The notes below the pieces were generated by a model that ran no database searches, was not told the DNA's origin, and saw only the letters and a list, made by a program, of their open reading frames with translations. A stretch of 63,709 nucleotides of DNA, the filler included, from Reclinomonas americana ATCC 50394 (lineage: Eukaryota): the NCBI GenBank assembly GCA_048213135.1. It is 10 parts of 10 records of this genome, joined end to end, with 100 filler letters (N's around TTAATTAATTAA, not from the genome) between each part and the next. Parts side by side here need not be neighbours in the genome. Positions count along the whole stretch, not along the records: positions 38,500 to 45,176 come from AFZH01017142.1; positions 45,277 to 49,854 come from AFZH01017144.1; positions 49,955 to 57,533 come from AFZH01017145.1; 7 more parts are not named here. The stretch is one strand, 5' to 3'. Made by a program: the position numbers and the translations under genes. Below are positions 38,500-50,767 of this stretch, piece after piece; within the stretch, counting starts at the first letter, position 1; each line of letters starts with the position of its first letter.

Positions 38500-39624
38500 G
38501 TTGCACACAAAGTAGCGGAACTGGTTCGTGCCGAGGTTCTCCTCCGGCGGCGTCTTTGTTGACTGCACACACACACACACATACGGTCAGTCGTCTCTCG
38601 CACATGGAGAAGAAAAAAAGGAAACCGACGCCGTGCATGCCTTCTTCTCGCCGCCAGCCTCCTCGCCCTCAGGTGCATCGCCATCACCCTCCTCCGCCTC
38701 CTCTGCCGGTGGCTCCTCGCCCTCCACTGGCTCCGGCGCTGCAACAACCACAGTCAGCCACACCATCACTTTCCCGCACCCTTCATCGTCGACAGCAGCA
38801 CGCAACGCAGATACTCGGCGCGCGGACGGCTGCCCTCCTTGTACACGGCCTCCACCACATAATAGTTGCGCTGCGTGCCAAAGATCTTGCCAAAGAAGCG
38901 CACGCTCTCCAGCGGATTCTTCTCCACCAGCTTCTTCAACGACAGCTGCAGGCGGTACACCTCGTCCAGTGGCAGCCCGTAGCCCGCCTGCTCCGCCAGG
39001 CCCAGCTCACTGACCACATCCGGCACATTGCCCTCGTTCTTCTCCTCCTCCGCCTCTGCCTCCTCCTCGTTGTCCTCCCCGCCCTCCGCCGCCTTCTCCT
39101 TGGCCTTCTTCGGCGGCTGCGCAGTGGAGCACGTCAGCAACGAGGGACAAGAGAGAGTGTGTGTGAGAGAGAGAGAGACAAAACGCAACGTAAATCAGCT
39201 CAATGTACGCTTGATGATCGCTGGTGCTCTCGGTGGTGTCCACCGATGGGCCCTGCATGGAGTGTGTGGGTGAGTGCAAGAGGTAGGTGTGTGCAAGTAT
39301 GTGTGCAAGTACCTCTTTCTTCTCCTGCTGACTCGGCAGCACGTTTGGACCGACACCAGCAGGCGGTACCAGCGCGCCACCATGCGTGGTCGCCCGCGAG
39401 AAGCCGTCCAAGTACTTGGCCGGCTCCAGTGGACTGAGAGACACACACAGTGAGAGACTGAGAAGAACACAGCAACAACAGTAACAAACAACAACTGACC
39501 GGCACTCCATCAGTCGCCCCAGAGTGCTGACCAAGTGCGCCTCCAGATTCTGCTGCGGATGCGCTGCATCAACAGGCGCATGGCGAAGCACGTCGAGGCC
39601 TCCACGAGCGTGACTGTGCGCCAT
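38500..39624 (-). CDS. RSPH4A: Radial spoke head protein RSP4/6 family, 3'-partial
   Basis: VPDVVSELGLAEQAGYGL..VYRLQLSLKKLVE..VRFFGKIFGTQRNYYVVEA; exact paralog (RSPH4/RSPH6) not resolvable. Confidence 0.9.
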
Positions 39625-39851
39625 GGAAGACAAAAAAGAAAAATCACAAACAACAAAACGGCTGTGTGACAATCAAAGCAAACACGTCACACACTGTCCA
39701 ATCACGGCGTTTCTCCACTCAACGCGCGACTCTCATCATGGGTGACTTGGGGTATGCACATGCGCGTGTGTGCTATTAGTGTGTGTCATGTGCTTATTGT
39801 GTGCACAGAAAATCACGGTTTCACTTGCATGAGAGACGAGCACGATCGGCC

Positions 39852-40850
39852 ATGGCACTGACGCCTGTGGATGGCATCTTGCCGACACTCTCTGATGAGC
39901 GCTCAATGCTCGGTGAGTCATCTGTGTGTAGAGAGAGAGAGAGTGTGTGTGTGTGTGTGTGTGACTCATGCGGGTTGACTGGCAGGCCCCTCGGATAACA
40001 TTCCACAGCGCAGGCACTTTGACAAGGTCCCCTCTGGTGAGTGTGCCTCCATCCATGCGCATGTGTGAGAGAGAGTATATGCTCATTTGTGTGGTCGACT
40101 AGCTCCGGAGCCTCGAGGCGGTGGAATTCGCATTCTGCCTACGGTGGTGCCCTTCACACGCGCCGACAATCGCAAGCATCTCACCTATGCGCCGTGTCCA
40201 CCACCGAACCGCTCACAGCGGCGGCACTTGAGCCCAACAAGTCGCGTATCTCTCTCCCTCTGTGTGTATGTGTGTGTGTCGCGCCGCTGACATTCGTCTT
40301 TGTCTCCTTCCTGCAGTGACTGATAGCATGGATCCGGCGCACATGGACCGCAAGATCCGCACCGTGACTCCGTCGAGTGGTCTGTCGGTGCTGGAGGAGT
40401 CGATGACGCGAAAGGTGCGCGTCGGTGATCGGCGAGGCGGTGTGCCGGAGCGCAGACCGGGCGATAAGGCGTATGCGCGGTCGGAGTATGCGCCAGAGTT
40501 TTTCAAGGCCGGGTCGACGGTGGCGAGCGCGGATATGAATCGGCGAAAGGTGGCCGACATGATGAGTTGCGTGTAGGGGGAAAGAGAGCTTCTCTGTCTT
40601 CTTCTCTTGCTTGCATGCAGACCCCCGTCAGTTGCTTTCTCTCTGTGCGTCTATGTACTTATTGGAGTGCTCAGGTGAGGATGCCATGGAGACGGTGGAT
40701 AGCACTGGTGTGTCGGCTGCGTACTGGGAGCGGAGCTACTACTTCAAGGCACAGAAGCGTGAAAAAGACGATGAAGCGCGCACTGTCAAGTGCGATTTGG
40801 ATGACTTTGACAAGAAGTTGGGCCTGTTGCCGGCACACGGTGATGACTGA
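39852..40850 (+). CDS. SPATS1: SPATS1-like (spermatogenesis-associated serine-rich 1 family) protein
   Basis: RRGGVPERRPGDKAYARSEYAPEFFKAGST and C-terminal SYYFKAQKREK..TVKCDLDDFD resemble the SPATS1 conserved core; recognised from memory of the family. Confidence 0.6.
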
Positions 40851-40972
40851 GCGCGGCGTCCGCTGCTGCTGGTTCGTCCCTCACGCGCCCCGCATCAGAA
40901 TAATGTATTTCACGATGTTGTTATGTATTGTTTGCTCGCCTCGACAGCAAATAACAGCACGAATGCACACTC

Positions 40973-43900
40973 TCACAGTGCGGCGGTGTGCAAGTCAAAA
41001 ATTGCTGGTGGGATCACATCGGCCACCACCTTGCGCGGAATGCCGGCCAGCTCACACAAGTGCTCCAGGAACACGAGCGTGTTGGTCACGTCGACCGGCA
41101 CCACCGGTGCCTTGGAATCACTGCGAAACACACTTCAGCACTTCCACTACGAGCAACGGGACGGGGAAACACACAAACCGTGGTTGCGCCTGCGCCGATT
41201 CGACCAGGCACTTGACGTGGTGTCCAAGCAGCGTCACAAACTCCACCGTGGTCGAGTAGTGGAACTGCTTGAGCAGCGTGGCCACGCCGGCGGCCAACAC
41301 CGAGCCGTCGAACTGGTCGTTCTTGGTGCGAACAATCAGAGTTCCTGCACGAATGGTGATGAATACGCACACGACGAGCAGGCCAAGACACCGCCAACAT
41401 GTCAAAACGTACCGAGACGCGGGTCATACTGCATGCGCGACAACTGGTAGGCCACATACAGCGACAGCATGGTCGCGAACTCCGGCAGCGGGTCGTGCGT
41501 GATGTAGATCTTGGCGAACGCCGGGTCCATGCCACTCGACTGGAACAACTCGGTGAGATCCGACAGCAGCGTGTTCTCCTCCGGTGGATAGTGGTACGTG
41601 TCGGGGCTGACGCGCGGGATTGTCAATAGGGAGCTCTACGCAGGAAGGGGAGGGAGGAGGCACACTCACCTGTGGTAGTGGGCGCGAATGTCCTTCATCA
41701 GCGACATGTTGAAGGCATCCAGTGCACACGACAGCGACGTTGAGTCGAGTTTGCAAAGGAACTGTCGGCACACACGAGTGAGAAAGCAGACTTGTGTGGT
41801 GCGCAGGGAACCAGGAACGCAACGTTGAGCTCGTTGGCAATGTGTCGCCGAATAAACTGCGCTTGACCGACAAACAAAATGGCAGCTGCGCAAGAGGGAA
41901 AATTGAGTACACAGCAAGTCAAACAGCAAAAAGCTCAAGGGCGAACGCACAAGTGATAAAGCCGAACTGCTTGTGCAGTCTGTGCGAGGAGTGCGAGAAC
42001 ACACGAGCACCCTCCATGTTGAGCGTGTTCGTCTGGTTGCACATCTCGTTGATGGCCTTCAGGTGCTCCTTCAGCTGACGATCCACCTGCGCTGCCTAGA
42101 TGAGACCGCGCAGTGGCACACACACACACACAGGCAACCAAACAAGTCACCTCACGGCCGTAGTGCGTGCAGAAGCGTTGGAGACAGTCGACAATCATGA
42201 ACGAGAGCAGACTGTCGACGCCGCTGAGACCAAACACTCCGACACTGCTGCGCACCAGACTGAAGGTGCGGATGCCCACAATCTCGCTGCACGGTTGCAC
42301 GTCGGGATGAGAAAATGCGAAGGAACAGGGGAACAGAGGACTAACAAAGACAACATCCGGGATACACACCGTCCGGAGTTGTCGAACCAGGCAGTCATGG
42401 GGTCGACGTATGTGACGCGACGCGGATCCGTTTGCGCGAGAAGCTCGCGCGTCAGGCGACCCATAAAGTTGGTTGAGTGTCTACGAGCGGCGGCACCATG
42501 AGGTCGTGCGGAGGCACGGGGAAGAGGAGTTGACCGCACGGGGACGCAACTCATCGGTGGGTGGGAAGCGGGGAATGGGAATCACTTCGCTCTGGTACTT
42601 GGACTGCCAGTCGAGCACCTTGGTGCGCAAGAACCTGTGGGCGCGGAGCGGGTGAGGCGCATGAGGTCGATGAAGCGCACACTCTGCCTACGTACCGATT
42701 GCATTCCTGCTCCACATTGAACGCAATGGTGCGCGACATTTCGTTCTGCCAGATGCGCAGACTGAACACCGCAAGCAAGTTGGTGAGGAAGGAGTCAATC
42801 GCAACAGACACACGCACGAGCGCACACACACACACGCACCCGTAGATGCCGATAAAGTCCTGAATGTACTCAAAGGACTTGAACACGCCGCGCAGTGTCG
42901 TGCCAAGCTGCTGCAGGCGGTCTTCGAACTCGTCCACACGCGACGAGCGGAACACCAACATCTGGTTCAGCGAGCTGGCCAACTGGCGCACAAGTTCCTG
43001 CCGAGCGCAAGCATACGCACCCACAATTCAGAAGCGAGGGCAATCATAGTGGGAGAGGGGGAAAATGCACACCTTGCGGATACCGTCCTCGAGAAGCTGC
43101 TTCGGGTCGACACTGACAACACCCATCAGCGTCGTCTCCATGGCCAGAATGCCTTCCGTGAACTTGGAGATTTGGTGGGTGTATCGGGCCAAGCGATAGC
43201 GCTCTTCTAGTTGTGCGTAGCTGCGAACGGCAACAAGTGAGATGACTGCTCCCTCACCCGCCTTCTCAAAAACGAAAAACGCAACTCCTTCAACTCGGCC
43301 TTGGGCAATCTGGTCGGCAACTCGCGAATTTCGTTGGTTTGCAGATGAATCAGCTCCTTCAACAGCTCAAACATGCTGATCGGAATGATTTCCAGCACGC
43401 GGCGCACGAATTTCACCAGCTCGCCTGCAACAGCATGAGCGCGCGCGAGTCAGCAGCCGACATCAACCTCACAAATAAGGGGGGCGCGTAGCAGACACAC
43501 CAGAGTAGTAGTTCGAGACGGAGACCAAGTCGGGTGAGTTGGCCTGCGTGATGCGCACCAGCGGAATCTCCATCATGGAGGCCAGCTTGAGGAAGGTGGA
43601 GCGCAGCTTGATCACAATGTACGGGTCTCTGCATGAGGAGCGGCAGGATTGGGGGTCAGTGACGGCAGCGGAGGGAGGACAAGATGGCGACCTGGCGACG
43701 CAACTGCTTGAGCATTTCCTGCATGAGTGGCACGTACGCGTTGATGATCTCCCAGGCGTAGGAAATATCGCCGACCTGTTCGCACGCACGAGTGAATGAT
43801 CATGCAATCGCGCAGAATGCAAACACGGGATGGTTCGTCTCGCACCTGCGCAATGGTGACCAGCACTTCTTCGCGAACGTTGACGATGCGGATCATTTTG

Positions 43901-45131
43901 CGCAGCAACTCGCGGGTGTCGATCAGATGCTGGCGCACTTGCAGGTTGGACTCCACTTGGTGGAACTGCTCGACTTCCTCCAGCGCACGAATGAGCTCCT
44001 GAATCTTGCGGCCAGCCAGCGTGGAGTCGTCAAAGTCCAGCTCCGTAATCTTTTGTGCAATGTCCTGGAACCACTTCATCAGCTGCTCGTCCTTGTTCTT
44101 GGCCGACAGCACCTTTTCGCCACCGTAGTAGTCCGCTGTGCGTGGCATGTTAGTACATGTCGAGTGATGGGCGGTGTGGTGGCAAGACGACACAAGTCAA
44201 CGCACCCAGCTCCGACATCTTGGACGAGGCCGCCGAACGGTTGGCCGTCCACTTGTCGACCTTCTCGTCGAGCAGCTTCTGGAACATTTCACGCAACAGG
44301 AACTCGAACTGCGACACGTTCAGCAGCAGCACGAGGATCTCCTGCGGACCGGGGCCACCCAACACGATCTCGGCAATCTTCTTCTTCTCGCAAATGCGGT
44401 GCATGATGATCCAGCGGAGGGTGACGTTGCAGTTGCGCAGGCAGTTCAACATGCGGCTGATGTTGTCGAGCACAAAGTCCTCCACCAACACGCCCTCCGT
44501 GAGGTAGTGAGCGACCTCCTCTCGCAGCGAGACCATGCGGTCCCAGTGTGACACGGCTGGTGCACAAAATGAGACACACACAGAGAGAAAGAAGAAGAAA
44601 CATCATGCCAGGGGACACACACCAAGTTCGCGAATCTGCAGCGGCTGCACAATGTTGTTCAACGCATCCGAGGCGGCCTTGTAGCCGGCCCAAGCAGTGG
44701 TCAGATCGACCGTGTAGCCCATCCAGAAGGAGATGACCCAATTGTCGGGGAAATGCTTGTCGACAATTTCACGCATGACAGCCTGCATCATGAGAGACGA
44801 GTCAGGAACTCGTTCGCGCCAACACACAGGTGAGAAGGGGTGGGTGAGACGCAACTCCCTCGCGACTCAAAATGTGCGGAGCGAAGTACAGCAAAATGTA
44901 CAGCATGGCGGCCTGGGTGGCGAGCGCCACTGAGCGGTGGTGTGGGCTCGGGTAGTACGACGTCTGCTGGTACAAGTCGTCACTTCGCAGACGACCAATG
45001 AGCATCACAATCAGCTCCTGCTTGACGGTGTAGCGGCCGAAATACTCCTCGGGGTAGTTCGTCGGCACCTTCTTGCCGGGTTCGTAGCCCGAGTGACGCC
45101 ACAGCTTGAACACGGCATCGGCGTTGTCGAC
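40973..45131 (-). CDS. WASHC5: Strumpellin (WASH complex subunit 5), 5'-partial
   Basis: [82 protein letters not shown]. Confidence 0.96.
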
Positions 45132-45276
45132 CTGTGATTGATGAGTGAAGAATGGATGAGCCAGCCAGCCAGTGCGNNNNNNNNNNNNNNNNNNNNNNNN
45201 NNNNNNNNNNNNNNNNNNNNTTAATTAATTAANNNNNNNNNNNNNNNNNNNNNNNNNNNNNNNNNNNNNNNNNNNN

Positions 45277-46101
45277 AGCATGTGTGTGTTGTTTCGTTGC
45301 TCTCCACCTCACCCCATCGTGAGAGCAGCACTGCAGAAGCTTCGTTCGCTGGAAGAGACCTTGGCGGCGCTCCCGTCCATCGGGTTCATGGGAATGGAGG
45401 AGCCACTGGCCTCCATGGTGGCCAAGCACGTGCAGCGTCGGGTGCCGTCGATGGGCGTGCTGTCGTGGGATTCTTTCGAGGACGTGTGTCTGCCCACCAG
45501 CATCCAGCTGCCGCCAGTCGACACTCTCGACCCGGAGCTCTTTCACCTGCCGTCCACGCTGCTGCCGGACGACTGGAGAGAAGTCAACGATTCTTGGGTC
45601 TGCATGTCGTGAGTGTGCGCGCATCGCAGCAGCACACTCTCTACTCACCTTCACACCATGTGCAGGCTTACAGCGACGCGACGACGGCTGCACTCCTCCG
45701 CCATCTCATCGAGCACACGGTCACGTGCGGCGTGCGCACCGTCAGCAGCAACGAGCTCGTCGCCTTTTCCCTTCGTCAGCTTTGTATCATCGGTTTTCTG
45801 TTGTCGCTCCCCACGAGCGCACCACACTGACTGTGCGCGCAGACTCGATGGCAGCATCGGCATGGGGCACGTGGATCCTGCTTTCCGACGGCATCGAGTC
45901 GGCCGCGCCGCCCTGAATGTGCTCAGCCGACGTGTGCGCGAGTTGCAGCCGTTCCTGTACGGCACCGTGCGGCCGGACAACACGGCCTCCTTTGGTCTCA
46001 TTGGCTCCATTGGCTTTGTCAAAACCGGTGGTTTGCGTGTGTGGTTCACGATGGCGTTGAAGGGCAGTGGTGGTGGTGGTGCGCCACGAGCGAAATTGTA
46101 A
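45277..46101 (+). CDS. GNAT acyltransferase (GLYAT/FR47-like) copy 1, 5'-partial, C-terminal AKL
   Basis: DWREVNDSW, QLDGSIGMGHVDPAFRRHRVG, NTASFGL..GF; ends PRAKL. Confidence 0.8.
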
Positions 46102-46133
46102 AGCGATCGATCCGAACATTTGCCGTCCTCTCG

Positions 46134-47448
46134 ATGAGCGCACAGGAGTTGGCCTTTGAGGAGACAGCGCTGTGGCCACTAAAGGCGCATGAGAGGCACC
46201 TCAGTTTTTCCGAGGTTGCACGGTTGATGGAGACGACAGAGAATGAGCGCGACAACTTGCATTCCTCCGTTGCGTGTGCGATCACAAGTTTGTGCACGCA
46301 CACACATACACGCTGTCGTGCTCATGATGAGGCGCACAGACGTGGCGCCTGTTCTTCTGGCTTCGCACAGGTGTGCATTGGTCTCATCAACGCACTGCAA
46401 TTTTTCATGTTGAATCACTCTGTGCATGCGCGACAGGAGGCATCACTCGCGCCACTCTTGTCACTGTGAAGAAGACGACGCATCGCTTTGTGCTGCTGGA
46501 GGCCGGCCTGACATCGCACCGCTACGTGGTGTACGTGTCGCAACGCGTGCTGGACAACGTTGAGCAGACGGCCGAGGTGGCCCGAGCGATTGTTGCTTTT
46601 GTCATGGCGCGACATCCGGCGTCGATGGTGGAGCGCGGCTTTGTCGGTGAGCAACTACGTACCTACATGCAGCAGTGGAGACAAGCCCACATGTGTGCGC
46701 TGTGCAGACAGTGCGCAGGCGGCTGCCCATCAGCTTCCTCCAGTGGGGTTCATGGGTGTCCAGGAACCACTCGGCTCGCTGCTGATAACGGCGATGCGAA
46801 AGCATCATGCACCGCACGTGCACCGCCAGCTGCATCTCTCGTATCAGTCGCGTTTTGAGGACGTGTGTGTGCCGGCCAGTGTCGACCTGCCAGCTGTGGA
46901 CCCAATCGATCCCACCCTCTTCCATCCCCCGGAACCCCTCAGACCCGACGACTGGAAGGAAGTGGACGACAAGTGGGTTCGTAGTTAACGTTGTAAAGCG
47001 ACACCGTGCAGCACCGGCTTTGCATTCACGGGTGCACGCAGCCGTACCGCAGTGCAAGCTCTCCAGCGCTCATACGGTACCTCATTCAGTCGACCACGAC
47101 GCTCTCGGTACGCTCCAGCACCAACAACCAGCTCGTCGCGTTCACCCTTCGGCAGTTGCGTGCGGTCGCAAAAGTCGTTCGCTTCCTTCTTGTCTCATGC
47201 ATGCTGGCAGACTGGACGGAACAATCGGCATGGGGCATGTGGAGGAGCACGTGCGTCGGCATCGCCTCGGACGCGCCACGCTCAACCTCATGTGCCGCCA
47301 GGTACGAGCCGCCGGCCATCCCGTGCTCGGCGGCGTGAAGAGTGGCAACGAGGCCTCGTTTTCCATGCTCGACACCCTCGGCTTTGTGAAAATGGGCACC
47401 ATGCGGCTGTGGTTAGAGTTCTCCCCGACACCCACAGCCAAGTTGTAA
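46134..47448 (+). CDS. GNAT acyltransferase (GLYAT/FR47-like) copy 2, C-terminal AKL
   Basis: DWKEVDDKWPY, QLDGTIGMGHVEEHVRRHRLG, NEASFSML..LGF; ends PTAKL. Confidence 0.82.
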
Positions 47449-47523
47449 AAACAAGGGACGAAGAGTGCGAGAGAAGAGTGGAGAGAGACGTTCGTCCTGC
47501 CGTCAATTCCTCCTCGCGTCACC

Positions 47524-48831
47524 ATGGCGTCATCGTGCACCACCTGCACACTATTGTCGCCTGAGCAACGCACCCCATCAGCAGCTGTGAGTGACTTTGC
47601 CGCCGTGGCCAAGTTGTTGGAGTCGCCCACGGACAAGTCGCGCAACTATCACCTGTCAGTTGCGTGTCTCCCACATCTCCTCATGCGCGCGCCACTCACA
47701 CTTCCATCGCGCAGACATGGCGACTGCATTGTCTGCTGCACACTGGTAACATTCGCTCGCTGCCGCTGTTGCGAACGAGATGATGCATGTGAGACCGAAT
47801 CCGCATGCGTACTTGTACAGGAGGCGTCAGTCGCGCAACCCTTGTGACCACGGCTGCCGCGCAGACGTTTGTGGTGGTGGAGATGGGCTTGACGTCGGCT
47901 TCGTACTGGGTGTTTGTGCCGCAGAGCACGCTGCAGAACATGGAGGACGCACTGCGCATCACCTCAGTGATTGCTGACTACTTGATGGAGCGACACCCGG
48001 CATCGATGATGGAACGTGGCTTTGTGAAGCAGTTGGATGGTGTGTGTGTGCAGGCGTGCGTAAGCATCTGCACGCAGCTGATTCATCGCGATTGCAGACA
48101 TGCAGGGACTGCCAGTCATCTCGATCTCGGGCTGTGAGGAACCGCTGGCCTCGCTGCTTTGTTCCGCTCTCCTCAAGCGACTTCCGGCGCATCAGGTCGA
48201 CTCGTCGGGTTCGTTTGACGATATTTGCTTGCCGCCGAGCATCGCCCTCCGCGACATCAAAATCGACGAGCACCTCTTCCTTCCGCCGACACCGCTGCGC
48301 GAGGAGGACTGGAAGGAGGTGGATGACAAGTGGGTGAGTGCGACCTGCGCGCGTGGTACAGTAGGTGTACGACACTGACACATGCGCACGCGCGCACACA
48401 CAGCCGTACAGCAGCGCCAGCTCGCCGGCACTGATCCGGTACCTCATCAAGCACTTTCCCACATTGTCGGTGCGACTGAAGGCGACCAACGAGTTGGTGG
48501 CTTTCACCTTGTATCAGTTGCGACTTGTGTGCACAAGTTTTCTACACCGCACTGCGCCAACTCACTTGCATTATTGCCGTGCAGGTTGGACGGAACCATC
48601 GGCATGGGTCATGTGGAGCCTCCGTACCGTCGATACGGCCTGGGTCGTGCGATTCTGAGCCGTCTCACTGAAGAAGTGCGGCGGAGACACCTGCCGTACG
48701 GGTGTGTGAAAGACAACAATGAGGCCTCGTTCGGGTTGACCGGCTCTCTTGGGTACGTGAAGACCGGCGTGGCACGGGTGTGGTTCAGCATGGTGCCCAA
48801 GGCGCCGGCGCCCATGAGAGCAAAGTTGTGA
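47524..48831 (+). CDS. GNAT acyltransferase (GLYAT/FR47-like) copy 3, C-terminal AKL
   Basis: DWKEVDDKWPY, QLDGTIGMGHVEPPYRRYGLG, NEASFGL..LGY; ends MRAKL. Confidence 0.82.
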
Positions 48832-49221
48832 AGGAATGCGCGCGGTGAGATCGAATGCAGGAAATGAACTGCGAATGTTGGTTACGTACGTGGAGACGAA
48901 CATGTGCAGCAACTGCACTTTTCCCCTTTTGTTGCTGTTCTCACTATCACATCAACAACACTTAGCAGCACCCAAAACAGGATCTGCCCCGCCCCGCGGC
49001 GGTGGGTGCTTTATTTTCAGCATGTCCATTTGCCGGATTTCGTGTGCATGACCGATTTTGTCACATTAGGAGCCGGGAATGGGACATGTCGCATACCATT
49101 TTTTCTTCGTCCTTCGGTGAGCGCGGACCACCACCCCTCCCACCTCCCTCCCCTCCCCCTCCATTTCTAATCGCCTCTCCATACAGCATTTCAACAACAA
49201 CAACAACCAACATCAACAACC

Positions 49222-49854
49222 ATGGCCAACGCTCGCAACACAAGTACTCTCCCCTGCTATCATTACCACCGTGGCGGCTGCCGCGCCGCTGACTGCGCCT
49301 ACCTGCACCTGCCATGGGACCGTGTGCACGCGTGTCGCCAGGGCGACCAGTGCACGCAGCGCCTGTGCGGCTTCAAGCACCCGGGTGACGTGAGCTCGCT
49401 GGCAGGCGGATCCGCCCCTCCGTCGCCGCCGCGATCGACCGGCGCCGGCTCGAGTGCCTCGACGTCTCCGCGACCGAAGGCATCGCCCAAGGCGACGGCT
49501 ACGGCGACGGCTGCCGCTGACGGAAGTGGCACGGTCACCGACCGCAAGACGTACGTGAAGACGCGGGTGAGCGAGAAGCGTCAGGCCGCGGAGCTGCCGC
49601 TGCGAGTGATCGCCGTCGTCGACTCTTCTGGCTCCATGGCCGGCTTGCGCATCCGCGCCGTGACGTCGGCGCTACGTGCGGTGGTGGAGGAGTACATGAC
49701 GGACCGCGACAGCCTCGCGCTCGTGCGCTTCAACACCACCGTCACGGAGATGATGGGACTCACGCCGATGCAGCGCGGTGCCAACCGAGACGTGTTGGAG
49801 TCGCAGCTCCGCGAGCTGTGCACTCAGTGCAGTGGTGGCACTGCGCTGTGGGAC
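49222..49854 (+). CDS. Tandem CCCH zinc-finger + vWA domain protein, 3'-partial
   Basis: CYHYHRGGCRAADCAYLH and CRQGDQCTQRLCGFKH; vWA MIDAS VVDSSGSMAG, LVRFN and GGTALWD. Confidence 0.8.
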
Positions 49855-49954
49855 NNNNNNNNNNNNNNNNNNNNNNNNNNNNNNNNNNNNNNNNNNNNTT
49901 AATTAATTAANNNNNNNNNNNNNNNNNNNNNNNNNNNNNNNNNNNNNNNNNNNN

Positions 49955-50444
49955 GGAGACCGTCCGGCGTGAGCGCGAGCTCCCGACGGTCTGCACGACC
50001 ACCACCACCACTGATGCCGACGGCGCTTCGGGATCCGGAGTCCGCCGGTTTGGCGGTGCTCGCGGTGGCCGTGTCCGCGACCGCTCCGGGTCGTAGAAGC
50101 AAGCGTGCAGTGCCTGCTCCTTGTGTTTTTTCCTTTGTTTTGTTCCTCTGTAGATTGTACAAGTAATACAAGATGTCTTTATGCAAAAGCTGCGTGATCT
50201 CCTGAAAATCGAGGCATGTCGAACATACAGATTCACGGATGCTCCATTCAAGAGAAATTGCAAGCCTCAGCAGACGCAAACTCTGCTGACATATGGAACC
50301 ATTTGGGCCAACAAGTTCCCGGCAAATAGCAGCCAATTGCAAGCGAGAGAGAAACGGAACGAATTCGAACACAAGCATGATTATGGCGTGTTCTTGTGCA
50401 TCACCACTTGAATTATGCGAACCCTTCGAGTTCACTTCTTGCAT
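49955..50444 (-). CDS. Hypothetical protein, possible F-box-like N-terminus, 3'-partial
   Basis: IIMLVFEFVPFLSRLQLAAICR weakly resembles an F-box; ORF runs into the gap. Confidence 0.25.
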
Positions 50445-50767
50445 GAAGCTGACGCGTGCGCTGCGCTGTGCCTAGACACGCACTCGCTCGAACTCGAACA
50501 GCTGTCAACTGTACATATCCGGACCCGCAACGGTATCCGAGCGCCTGTACGTCATTCTCCCTGGCACACATAATCAATGCGCTCTGCAGGTGCCAGCGCA
50601 CTCGCGATCCTTGCCCTCATTCTCGCCAATCCGCTCCATTTTGTCGATCGACGAAAACCAATCAATTGTTCCACACTGTGTGTTCGAATTTTGTTCTCTC
50701 TTTGCGCACATCGCACACAAGTCCCTCTCGACACCTCACCCCCACCCCACCCCCACCGCTGCTCGAC

